From the NCBI RefSeq assembly GCF_006345805.1, contig NW_021832333.1, forward strand, positions 1 through 41,823: 41,823 nt of DNA, given 5' to 3'. Shown piece by piece: positions 23,181 to 34,731 of the stretch. The translations under genes were made by a program, and so were the position numbers. The notes under the pieces were generated by a model. That model had not been told where the DNA came from. It did not search any database and saw nothing but the letters and a program-made list of their open reading frames with translations. This DNA is from Octopus sinensis (taxonomy: Eukaryota). How positions within the stretch are numbered: the first letter of the stretch is position 1; every line of letters begins with the position of its first letter.

Positions 23181-23494
23181 TGTTCCCGTGTCTATTTCCA
23201 CCGTTTGACAACCGGTGTTGGTCTGTTTACATCCCTGTATGTTAACGATTCTGTGAAACCGTAGGTTAGAATAAACACCGAAATTAAAATTAGCTGCCGG
23301 GATCGTTTTGTTCGACTAAAAAACACTTAAAGGCGTTGACCCAGTATGGCCGCAACTGGTACCTAATTTGTCGACCTCGAAAGGATGAAAGGTAAAGTCG
23401 ACCTCGGCGGAATTTGAACTCAAAACGTAAAGACTGACGAAATACCGCGAAGCATTTCGCCCGGAGTGCTAACGTTTCACCCAGCTCGCCGCTT
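23181..23494. mobile_element. Family B 3' half (+, 23181-23354) fused to family A (-, 23355-23494)
   Basis: ...cgtttgacaaccggtgttgg...ccagtatggccgca|actggtacc...gtcgacctcggcggaatttgaactc...ccagctcgccgc; the junction shares cgca. Confidence 0.8.
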
Positions 23495-23902
23495 TGAATA
23501 TATATTAAATATTGAGAGAAAGCAAAAGGTGTAGACTTTCAGATGAATTTTTAAGTATAAATAAATAAATATTTATATTAATAGGTCAAACTTACACAGA
23601 GTATAAATGACAGAGAAAATTAAAGGGGTGAATGAAAGGCGTTATATAAACAACAGCTGTTTCTGAGGGCTCTGTAATCCATAATAATGTCGGTAGGTTT
23701 AGTTCAACACAATATGCGACCGCTTCGATGTGTTTAACATAGGATGAGACGAGCCTCCGTAATCAGGGATATTGGTTGATATAAATGATGGAAAACATAA
23801 ACAACGTCCCTATGTTTCGGTGGAGTATTCAATGATCTACTTGCTCGTTCAATTGGTGTAAAAATCAGAATATTCCACAGACAGATGTACACATATAGAC
23901 AT

Positions 23903-24657
23903 AGGAGTGGCTATGTGGTAAGTAGCTTGCTTACGAACTACATGGTTTCGGGTTCAGACACACTGCGTGGCACCTTGCGCAAGTGTCTTCTCCTATAGCC
24001 TCTGGCCAACCAAAGTCTTGTGAGTGGATTTGGTAGACGGAATATGAAAGAAGCCCGTTGTATATATATATATATATATATACTCTCTTTTATTCTTTTA
24101 CTTGTTTCAGTCATTTGACTGTTGCCTTTAGTCGAGCAAATCGACCCCAATACTTATTCTTTGTGAGCCTAATATTTATTCTATCTGTCTCTTTTGCCGA
24201 ACCGCTAAGTTACTGGGACGTAAACACACCAGCATCGGTTGTCAAGCGATGCTGGGGGGACAAACACAGACACACACATATATATATATACATACACATA
24301 TATATACATATATACGACGGGCTTCTTTCAGTTTCCGTCTACCAAATCCACTCACAAGGTTGGCCCGAGGCTACAATAGAAAACACTTGCCCCAGATGCA
24401 ACGCAGTGGGATTGATCCCGGAACTATGTGGTTCGTTAGCAAGCTACTTACCACACAGCCACTCCTACGCCTATATATATGTGGGGGGGGGTATATGTTT
24501 GTGTGTCTGTGTTTGCCCCCCCCCCAACATTGCTTGAGAACCGATGCTGGTGTGTTTAGGTCCACGTAACTTAGCGGTTCGGCATAAGAGATCGATAGAA
24601 TAATTACTAGGCATACAACGAATAAGTCCTGGGGTCGATGTGCTCGACTAAAGGTGG
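23903..24657 (+). mobile_element. Family B SINE (outer copy) split by an inverted family B copy
   Basis: 5' half at 23903-24060, 3' half at 24472-24657; the insertion lies within the internal (TA)n. Confidence 0.88.
24082..24471 (-). mobile_element. Family B SINE (inner, nested, full length)
   Basis: Complete reverse copy from the head (ggcgtaggagtggctgtgtgg) to the tail (aagtaaaagaataaaagagagt), flanked by TA repeats. Confidence 0.9.
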
Positions 24658-24919
24658 GATCGAACCAGATTTCGCAGTATTGAAACAAACTTCTCGACTG
24701 TTTTGCAATACTGCATTCTGTAAGACGAGTTAGGTAAGACATCGGCGTCTTTGGATACAGATATGAACAGACACAGATATAAACTTGTAAAGACACATGC
24801 ATACATATAGTCATATACTCATGCCCAATCACGGATATTAAACACGCGAGTGTGTATGCGTGTGGGCGTGCGCACACGGGCATGTGTGCATGCAAATATA
24901 AACTTACATATGTATTAAT

Positions 24920-25116
24920 ATAAAAGCATGCACACCATACACATACGCACACATATATATACACACATATATATAGACACATATGCACGTGTGTTTGAGC
25001 ATGTGCGCTTATATATATTTATGTGTGTGTGTTTGTGTGTGTGTAAATGTGTATATTTGTACATACACACACTCACACATATGAATGTATATACGTGCAT
25101 GGGATTATATTTGCGC

Positions 25117-25182
<66 letters not shown>

Positions 25183-25311
25183 TCACACGCACGTGTGTGT
25201 ATTTGTGTCGCTTCATGTGTGTCTGCATGTGTCCACACATGTAAGTTTCATCGTGTGAGTATGTGTATGTGTGTATGTGTGCGTGCGTATGTATGTACGT
25301 GAGTCTGTGTG

Positions 25312-25362
<51 letters not shown>

Positions 25363-25365
25363 CGT
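24920..25365. repeat. Compound (CA)/(TA)/(TG)n microsatellite
   Basis: Directly visible. Confidence 0.95.
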
Positions 25366-25917
25366 GTGAGCAATGAAATAGATTCACAGAAGGAGGCAAT
25401 GATGCGAAATCCTCCGAAGACAGTTGAAATAATATGACGAATTATTCAGGAAATCTCTCTTCACCGAGGTGACATTTTCTAATGATTATCATGTTATTCC
25501 TCCGGCTGATAATGGCTGAAGCTTTTGGCTCTGCTTCTTATCATCACTACAAACGTTATCGATATTATCATCGTCTTCGATGACGTCTCCGTTGTCGTTG
25601 TCGCCATCTCCATCATCATTTTTTTCCTCCTTTTGCTGCTGTGTTGTCGTTGTCGTCGCCACAAACCACTTTAGTATCAACATCAGAATGGATTCGTCAT
25701 CGCTATTATCTTCATTATCGTATTCATCCTCGTCTTTACCGCCAGCATTCCATTTTTCTATCATTTTTATCTTCATCAATTTCCAATATCATTTTAATCT
25801 ACTCTGCAACAACAATAAAAAAAAGTAAATAACAAGAAAAGCACTTGTGGTGCTGGTGGTATTTTTGATGATGATGTCGATGATGGTTACAATAATGATA
25901 ATAATAATAATAATAAT

Positions 25918-26132
25918 CCTCTCTACTATAGGCGCAAGGCCAAAAGTTTTGGGGGAGGGGGCTAGTCGATTACATCGATCCCCAGTACTCAACTGGTACT
26001 TACTTTATCGATCTCGAAAAGACGAAACGGAAAGTCGACCTCGGCGGAATTTAAGCACAAATCGTCTTAAAGACGGACAAAATACCGCTAAGCATTTTAC
26101 CCAGCTAACGATTCTGTCAGCTTGCCGCCTTA
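25918..26132 (-). mobile_element. Family A SINE, full length, with (ATT)n tail
   Basis: Reverse complement of taaggcggcaagctgacagaatcgttagc...ccgccgaggtcgac...ggccttgcgcctatagtagagaggattattatt. Confidence 0.88.
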
Positions 26133-26269
26133 ACAACAGTAGTAGTAGTAGCTATTGTTGTAGCAGCAGCAGCAGTAGTAGTGGTAGTAGTAGCAGCAGC
26201 AGCAGTTGGAGGAGGAGGAGTAGCAGCAGCACCACCAACAGCAGCAGCAGCAGCAGTAGCAGCAGCAGC

Positions 26270-26330
<61 letters not shown>
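26133..26330. repeat. (AGC)n/(AGT)n microsatellite
   Basis: Directly visible; source of the poly-Ser/Val ORFs. Confidence 0.95.
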
Positions 26331-26349
26331 AGAGTGTTTAACTCCCTCT

Positions 26350-26751
26350 CTTTACTTCTCTAAGCTCAAGGCCCGAATTTTTTTTTTAGTGGGGGCAGTC
26401 GATTAGATCTACCCCTGTACGCACGCAACTGGTGCTTAATTTTCGACCCCGAAAGGATGAAAGGCAAAGTCGATCTCGGTGGAATTTGAACTCAGAATGT
26501 AGAGACAGATGGAATACATCTTTCTTTACTACCTACAAGGGGCTAAACACAGAGGGGACAAACAAGGACAGACAAATAGATTATATCGATTATAGCGACC
26601 CCAGTGCGTAACTGGTACTTATTTAATCGACCCCGAAAGGATGAAAGGCTAAGTCGACCTCGTCGGAATTTGAACTAAGAACGTAGCGGCAGACGAAATG
26701 CCGCTAAGGATTTCGCCCGACATATTAACGTTTGTGCCAGCTCGCCGCCTT
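26350..26751 (-). mobile_element. Family A SINE, dimeric form
   Basis: Head at 26751; the first unit ends ...gtagtaaagaaagat and restarts at gtattccatctgtc (junction ~26517-26521); the second unit carries the terminal ggccttg...agtaaag end. Confidence 0.85.
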
Positions 26752-27423
26752 CTTGAAGAAACGCAGAGAAAGATCAACGAGGAATTTCAAAAAGCAGCAC
26801 AAGAAAACCTAAATTAATCTTTAGAGAATAAGGGCAATGGAACCATTCCAGTGAAGCCGGTGACTACAATGCTTGCATTGAGATCAGGAGTAAGAAGTTG
26901 AAAACAGACATAAAAGAGAATTGAATTGGCCAGCGTTACTGGAAATACTTTCAAATGTAAAGCAGAAACTATAGAAGCCGAGGACCCTAGAAACATGAAA
27001 TTTGATGATCGTGGATTGAACCCAATGTTTCTCAACCTTTTTTGCCTTTGAACCCCATTAATTCCTAGTTTACTGGCCTGGATCCTCATAGCCGTTCAAT
27101 GTTTAAAAAATATTATTAATACAGTAGTTGTATGGTGTCAACTTAATGTGACATTCCCATGAAAGGAATAACACTACTGCTATTTAGCCCTAGGAAACAG
27201 CACCGCCTCCTATCAGCCTTGACACATATCCTGTGTCCTTATGTTTACAAGGGGGAGATAAGCACTCCCACCCAGCTAAGCCAGCTTCCAGAGACTAGTT
27301 TCTGAGTCATTGCTCGTCTTCCATGGGTACATCGATGACCTAATGCAGTAATGAGTAGATCTCAAAATAAGAAATTGGCAATGTAAACATACTTGCCATT
27401 TGATTTTAAAATCAGACGTGGAA

Positions 27424-27784
27424 TAGGCGCAGGAGTGGCTGTGTGGTAAGTAGCTTGCTTACCAACTACATGGTTCTGGGTTTAGACCCACTGCGTGGCA
27501 CCTTGGGCCAACCAAAGCCTTGTGAGTGGATTTGGTAGACGGAAACTGAAAGTAGCCCGTCATGTATATGTATATATATGTGTGTGTGTTTGTCCCCCCG
27601 CCTCCAATATCGCTTGACAACCGATGCTGGTGTGTTTACGTCCCCGTTACTTAGTGTTTCGGCAAAAAGTGACCGATAGAATAAGTATTAAGCTTAGAAA
27701 GAATGTCCTGCGGTTGATTTGCTCGACTAAAGACGGTGCTCCAGTATGGCCACAGTCAAACGACTGAAACAAGTAAAAGAGTAT
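27424..27784 (+). mobile_element. Family B SINE with a ~27-bp internal deletion between two gggc motifs
   Basis: accttgggc|caaccaaagcc lacks aagtgtcttctactatagcctcgggc present in other copies; otherwise full length. Confidence 0.9.
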
Positions 27785-28742
27785 CTATTTGGTGGATCTT
27801 GACGAAAATGTAAGAATTAACATAAGGCTGATTACTGAAGGGAACAGGTTATTGTAGGGAAACATTTAGTGGATGGGGATAATAAAGACAATAAGGAAAA
27901 GATAGAGGATAAAAGAAGGAGACGATTACAGTCAATGTGTTCGAGGAAGAAAGGAAATCTGGTACCATTACGCACGCAAATATCCAAAGGTGGAAATCTG
28001 CTGGGGTAGATCTTTATCGGCTAAGAGATTTAATGGCCAATAGAGTGCAAGTGTCTATGAAACAATTCTGATAGAATTAATAGTATCAGAGTGGATCGGT
28101 AGTTAAGAATGAAAACAAACTAGCTTCAGATTGAAAAGTTAAGTGGACTTCAGCGAGATTTGAACTTAGAGCAACTAGAACCAGAGCTAACATGGTAACG
28201 TGCTCGATACAAAGACTCTAAACACAAACCAGTTTGATATACACACACGTACACACAGAGAGAGAAGCACACATAAACACACAGAGGGATATAGGTTCGA
28301 AACTGAAACAGACATATTCACACCTATATACACACACACACGTTTACATTTATATTATCTGTCACAGGGGCCCATTTCAATCATACAGAAATGTGTTATA
28401 GGCATCATCATTAATTATTATTTATGTTTTTGTTGTATTATGTTTCTTATCAATACTTTTTCTGCTGAACAGCGTAATGAAAGACTCATAAATATTTGCG
28501 TCGTTTTCGAGAGAGAGAAAAAAAAATGGCTACATTTGATTTTATATCGAATATGTCATGTATCTATGATATATGTGCGCGCGCGTATGTGTGTTTATGC
28601 ATGTATGTATACGTGTGTATATGTGTGTGCATGTATATATGTATAAATATATATATGCATTTATATAATATATATATATACACACACACACCCACATATA
28701 TATATATTATACACCACATATACTATATATATAGTATATATA

Positions 28743-28779
<37 letters not shown>

Positions 28780-29648
28780 TGTGTGTGGTGTGTGTGTGTT
28801 TGTGTACGTATGTATATCAGTGATGTATGGACAGGAGGAAAATGACTGTAAGCACAGGCTGATTGCATATCAGCGCGACAATATGGTCGTATAGACACAT
28901 GATTTCTTTGTATAAAGTTGAAATGAAAAATATTGCAATGATAGAGCATGTGGGTTAAGTTGTAATCCAATCAATATACGATAAACCAAAATAAATGGAC
29001 GATTTAGCATCTTACACTGTATTCATAATCACCTTCCATATCAATGCTATAAATTGCAACTGAATTCTCACACACCGCTACATCAAACTTCGTTTTACCG
29101 ACGCCATTATCACTACCAATTAGTTTACTACAGACTGTTTTTACGAGCGCCATTTTATCAAATATTCCATAGAAATTGCCCTTCCACTGTTTGTCTCAAC
29201 ATAAACCATATATTCTCGTCTATTAGAATTTTAAACTGTAACAACTAACTTGGTGAAGAAGACTATATGTTCTCTCGACGTAAGATTATTAGTAACTATG
29301 TCTCCCTCATATTAGATTCATGCGTCTTCTTGAAATGTCAATCAGCTCTTTCTCGGATCATGCTATATTGTTGAGAAGAATATTATGTAACGTACTTATA
29401 CATACAATATAACTTAAGCAAAGCCGCCTGAAATGTCTTCCGGATCTGCGTTGATTTAGGGTTAAAATCCAACAATAACTATACCATCAACAACAATATA
29501 TCCACGGCACAAGTTTAAGCTGCCTTCGTAGCTAGAAACAAAAGTAGCCCTGGAAAATATTGTACAATTTAGTTTTCTTCAAGCACTCCAATGCCTGCTG
29601 CTCTTTCGACCGTTTGACACAGAGTAGAACAGGACAAAATTTTAATTT

Positions 29649-29845
29649 CCGTATTTTCCGGTACACAAGTCGATGTAGCATATATTACCAAATGTAGTGT
29701 AAGCATTCAAACGTGATCCCTATCTTTTCAAATACTATTTCACATGAAATTTTGATCCACCAAAGTTATCTTGGTGTTGACCTAACTTTCTTGGCGGCAT
29801 ATTTTGGTCTGGAAAAATAATCGGCTTGCGTCCCGGACTATACGG
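29649..29845. mobile_element. pogo/Tc1-mariner-type MITE relic (~197 bp)
   Basis: TIRs ccgtattttccggtacacaagtcg (29649-29672) and cggcttgcgtcccggactatacgg (29822-29845), 19/24 matching. Confidence 0.6.
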
Positions 29846-31060
29846 GAGTTAGGTTCTACTAATCGGAGAACACCAGGCTCCAAGAGTCTTCAAGTCACCA
29901 TCTATCAACTGCTACTTTCTATGCCTCATCACAGTTCTTGCTATCACTCACGAGGTCTTCCATCTCTACTACCAGCCATTTCTTCTTCAGATGCCTTTTC
30001 TCCCTGGGACTCTTCAGTGACCACTGCAGGCACTGGTGTGGAGGTATCCAGAAGATGTTCATTTGCATGTTAAACAGTAGCTGTTTGACAGAGATGACCG
30101 GTACTTTGGTAGCGGTCAACTATTTTATACGATGCTATGCTTACCCAACGCTAACCCTCCAATTGTTTTTATCAACACGAGTTTTGAAATGGTATTGATG
30201 GGCCTTCGACAGCAGGCACTGCAGCACATTAATATTCACGCACCAAGTATAAACCACATTCCCAACCGAAAGCGAAATCATCTCTGAAAAATTTGGCATA
30301 TCTATTTATCACCAAGCCACATCAATGTATCAATACCTGCTGATATATTGACCTATCGAGAGAGTTCAACACCAACAACAAAAATACCAGCAACGAAAAT
30401 ACTAACAATATAACTGTTCCGACAAAACTGCAAATCATTTATACAACAAGAAGTAAAATAAGCAGCGAAAAATCTTGTACGTGTATTTATGTTCCATCAA
30501 ACTACATCAATACCTGCTGATATTTTTTAACCTTCTCATAGATATTACAGTCTGGCATGCGAATGGATATTAATGCGTAATCCTAAATCTCAAATCTATA
30601 ACATCTCCCCAAAATATCTAAATCATCTCTAAATGTTAATCAGTACATAAATGCAATATTTCGAATAGGAAAGATATAGTCAGATCACATACTGATAAAT
30701 TCACAGCTCGAAATTTTTTTCTGCGTATCTTTCGCTTTTCTTACTACTTTCATTTTGTTCTTTCTGTGGCCAAAGAAAGGGCAAAAGCGTCAAATAATTC
30801 ACATTCTTCAAGCATTCAGATGATATTACAGATGGTTAGTTAAAGAATAATATCTCTGTAAAAGTACAAATTTGGTAGACGGTTGTTTGGCATCAGGTTG
30901 TCTCCTCAATTGTTATTGAGTGTGATCTCTTCACCAGAACTGACCAGTTCTGGCGTCAATTCTTCAAATAGAGCGGGGCAATGTTGATTTATAACTGTAC
31001 ACTACACATGCACACATTAATCGCACGCATATCCAAAGTTAAACAGATCAGAAAAACATA

Positions 31061-31067
31061 CATTCGC

Positions 31068-31151
<84 letters not shown>

Positions 31152-31198
31152 GTCTATTTATCTGTCTATCTATCTATCTATCTATCTATCTAACAAAT

Positions 31199-31243
<45 letters not shown>

Positions 31244-31258
31244 CAGAGAGAGAGAGAG

Positions 31259-31294
<36 letters not shown>

Positions 31295-31618
31295 TCACAT
31301 ATACGCACAAAAACGTATATATATATATGCACACACACAAACATAAATATATCTATATGTTTATAGATAAATACATATATATGCTTATATGTCACGTTAT
31401 GCATATACTTTCGTTTATATCTAAATCTAAACACATATATGTGCATATATGTATAAGTGTGTCTGAGTGAATGTGTGCACGTGAGTGTGTGTGCATGTCT
31501 GTATGTATCTAAGTATATATGCATATATATGTATATATGCATATATGTGTATATATATATATGTGTATATATGTATATGTATATATATACATCTATCTGT
31601 CTATTTCTCTCTCTCTCT

Positions 31619-31668
<50 letters not shown>

Positions 31669-31680
31669 ATATATATTACA
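31061..31680. repeat. (TATC)n followed by compound (TA)/(GA)/(TG)n microsatellites
   Basis: Directly visible. Confidence 0.95.
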
Positions 31681-32354
31681 GATCCTTCTGCAAGTATGTG
31701 TTTCATATAAATAGCCGATATCTATGCAAACAAACGCGCAAGTGAATTATAGTGTGTTTTTTTGTTTTTGTTTTTTTGTTTTTTTTTTAGTTCGTACGAC
31801 TTCCTTTCTACGTTCATATGGATCTGCCGCGACTGATGGATCGCTATATGTGGATATCTGAATGATGGCTTAATTGCAAGATATTTCGCACACCATAAAT
31901 ATATACACAAGGAAACATGGCTGCAAGCTCAGAAACACAGACACACACACACAAGAATAACAATATAGTACACACACAGAAACACACACATTTCCATACC
32001 ATATTAACCGGACAGCCAAACCATTTAATATCTTTTAGCCATTCTCTCTCTCACTCTCACTCTCTCCCACTTTCTCTCTCTCTCTCCTACTCTCTCTTCG
32101 TCTCTTTCCCTCTTTCTTTCTCTCTCTATCTCGTTTTATTATTAAAGCAATAATAATCAATGGTCTAACTTGTATTTCACCCGCCGATTCCACGCTTCTA
32201 TCAAACTGGCATTCTACATATTAATCTACGAACAGTCCGTTGGCGGCGCCATGATGGCTTTTTAGAAATCCTCATAAGCAATATCAGAGAATGTATAGTG
32301 GAGGCTTACATACATACATAAATACATACATGCGTATATGTATGTGTGTATGTA

Positions 32355-32410
<56 letters not shown>

Positions 32411-32617
32411 TGTGTGTGCTTGTGCATATATATATATATATTTATATATATATATATATATATATAGTGTATTCACTATCTTACATGTGTGTATTGGGTA
32501 TATGTGACTACAGACAGATGTCGCCTGTCCGATGATTGGTGGATGGATGGAACGAAATAAGTCATAAGATATGTAATTAAATATACGCAGCATCCTACTC
32601 ATAAGTATACATACATA

Positions 32618-32822
32618 TACAGACGCGACCGCGTGTGTACCGTTGGCGATTTTTTTTTCTCTGTCTTCCCTTCTCTGGATCTTTCCTTCTCCTATTTTTG
32701 CGAGGAAGAGCTCCGCTCGAAACGTTAAACCCTCCTTCTTTCCTTCTTTCCTGAGCGTCCAATGATACTATATTTGTTCCACGTCCTCGCGTTGTTGTGC
32801 TTTTTTGTTTGGATTAAGTTTA
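32618..32822 (+). mobile_element. Short microsatellite-embedded element with a degenerate hammerhead-like motif
   Basis: gcgaggaa-gagc-tcc-gctc-gaaacgtt-aaac (32700-32730): stem II and GAAAC intact, core damaged; flanked by (TA/CA)n. Confidence 0.5.
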
Positions 32823-33151
32823 CATACATACATATATATATGTATATATGTGTGTGTGTGTATATATATACATGTATATATATATATATGTACGCAAGTA
32901 TGGATATTTATGTGCATTTATATATTTTTTTATCATTATGTATGTATATATATATGTATATATATATATATATATAATATATATATAACATATGTATATA
33001 TATATATTAATATATATACAAAGCAATAAGGGTTTAGCAACGAATTGCCTACCACATACCGAATTTAGAAATAGCAGTCAAAGCAATGGAGGCAGACACA
33101 AACCGGTAGAGAGAATGAATTGACGGCAATCTATCATACAATTTTAAGTTA

Positions 33152-33250
33152 TCTACGGACGTACGTTTCGAAATCAAGTTTTTAGGAAAGCATAAGAATT
33201 AAATATTAAATATTTCTATCTCACCAAAACTTCTTTCTCTTCAGCGTAGA
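33152..33250 (-). ncRNA. Type I hammerhead ribozyme (inverted arm)
   Basis: Minus strand tctacg-CTGAAGA-gaaag...tttc-GAAAC-GTAC-GTC-cgtaga; core at 33244-33238, GUC at 33160-33158. Confidence 0.85.
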
Positions 33251-33700
33251 ATACTATAATCATAAATGATTATATATCCAATGCTGTTTTTACTGAGATC
33301 TCCCTTTTTAGTAGAGAAAGAGCTAGACTCTTTGACTGCTATTTCTAAATTCGGTAGTGGTAAGGCAATTCGTTGCTAAAACCTTTATTGCTTAGTATTA
33401 CTTAAATTTTCCTCGAATGAGGCTTTTACATGCCGAAGACTACTTGTGTAATTGATAATTATTCCAAATTAATTAATTTCAACCTTCATTATTACGGATA
33501 ACCATATTTTATCTCAGTAGATGACCACAGCATCTTGTTTTGGCTACACGCGGGTGGGAAGGGGCTGGTGACACAATCTTTTCATTCACACATTGGATTT
33601 TGGTGATACTAGTTGCGGTTTAGCTCGCTCTGATACTGAGTTGAGTTGGTGCCTTCTAGTATCTCAAAATTCAATAATAATCATTTATGATTGTTAGTAT

Positions 33701-33803
33701 TCTACGCTGATGAGAGAAAAAAAGAAGTTTTGGTGAGATAGAATATTTAATTTTAATTATTATGCTTTCCTAAAAACTTGATTTCGAAACGTACGTCCGT
33801 AGA
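33701..33803 (+). ncRNA. Type I hammerhead ribozyme (unit 1)
   Basis: Stem I tctacg(33701-33706)/cgtaga(33798-33803); CTGATGA 33707-33713; long stem II closed by G33714-C33785; GAAA 33786-33789; palindromic ACGTACGT stem III; GUC 33795-33797. Confidence 0.88.
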
Positions 33804-34293
33804 TAACTTAAAATTGTATGATAGATTGCCGTCAATCATTCTCTCTTACCTGTTTGTGTCTGCCTTCCAATTGCTGTTTTTACTGAGAATCTCCCTTTTT
33901 AGTAGAAGAAATAGCTATAACTCTTTGACTGCTATTTCTAAATTCGGTATGTGGTAAGGCAATTCGTTGCTAAACCCTTTATTGCTTTGTATTACTTAAA
34001 TTTTCCTCGAATGAGGCTTTTACATGCCGAAGACTACTTGGTGTAATTGATAATTATTCCAAATTAATTAATTCACCCTTCATTATTACGGATAACCATA
34101 TTTTATCTCAGTAGATGACCACAGCATCTTGTTTTGGCTACACGCGGGTGGGAAGGGGCTGGTGACACAATCTTTTCATTCACACATTGGATTGGTGATA
34201 CTAGTGCGGATTCTAGCTCGCTCTGATACTGAGTTGAGTTGGTGCCTTCTAGTATCTCAAAATTCAATATATAATCATTTATGATTATAGTAT

Positions 34294-34392
34294 TCTACGC
34301 TGAAGAGAAAAGAAGTTTTGGTGAGATAGAATTATTTAATATTTAATTCTTATGCTTCCTAAAAACTTGATTTCGAAACGTACGTCCGTAGA
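34294..34392 (+). ncRNA. Type I hammerhead ribozyme (unit 2)
   Basis: Stem I tctacg/cgtaga; CTGAAGA 34300-34306; stem II gaaa-ag-aagtttt...aaaactt-ga-tttc (G34307-C34374); GAAA 34375-34378; GUC 34384-34386. Confidence 0.88.
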
Positions 34393-34700
34393 TAACTTAA
34401 AATTGTATGATAGATTGCCGTCAATTCATTCTCTCTTACCTGTTTGTGTCTGCCTTCCAATTGCTGTTTTTACTGAGATCTCCCTTTTTAGTAGAAGAAA
34501 TAGTTATAACTCTTTGACTGCTATTTCTAAATTCGGTATGTGGTAGGCAATTCGTTGCTAAACTTTATTGCTTTGTATTACTTAAATTTTCCTCGAATGA
34601 GGCTTTTACATGCCGAAGACTACTTGGTGTAATGATAATTATTCCAAATTAATTAATTTCACCCTTCATTATTACAGATAACTATATATATATATATATA

Positions 34701-34731
<31 letters not shown>

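Larger units (their letters stand above)
33016..34682. mobile_element. Retrozyme-like / Penelope pseudo-LTR array: one inverted partial arm plus ~2.4 direct ~590-bp units, inserted in (TA)n
   Basis: Marker gctgtttttactgaga recurs with ctg starting at 33284, 33874 and 34464 (period 590). 33016-33277 is the reverse complement of part of the unit. No meaningful ORF. Three hammerheads. Confidence 0.85.

Noticed and set aside
25489-25779. Acidic DDE-rich ORF
   Set aside because: Degenerate (GAT)n low-complexity tract with no splice or homology support.
26755-27060. Protein-like frames (LEETQRKINEEFQKAAQENLN; VTGNTFKCKAETIEAEDPRNMKFDD)
   Set aside because: Interrupted by stops and frameshifts, with no recognisable family or splice support.
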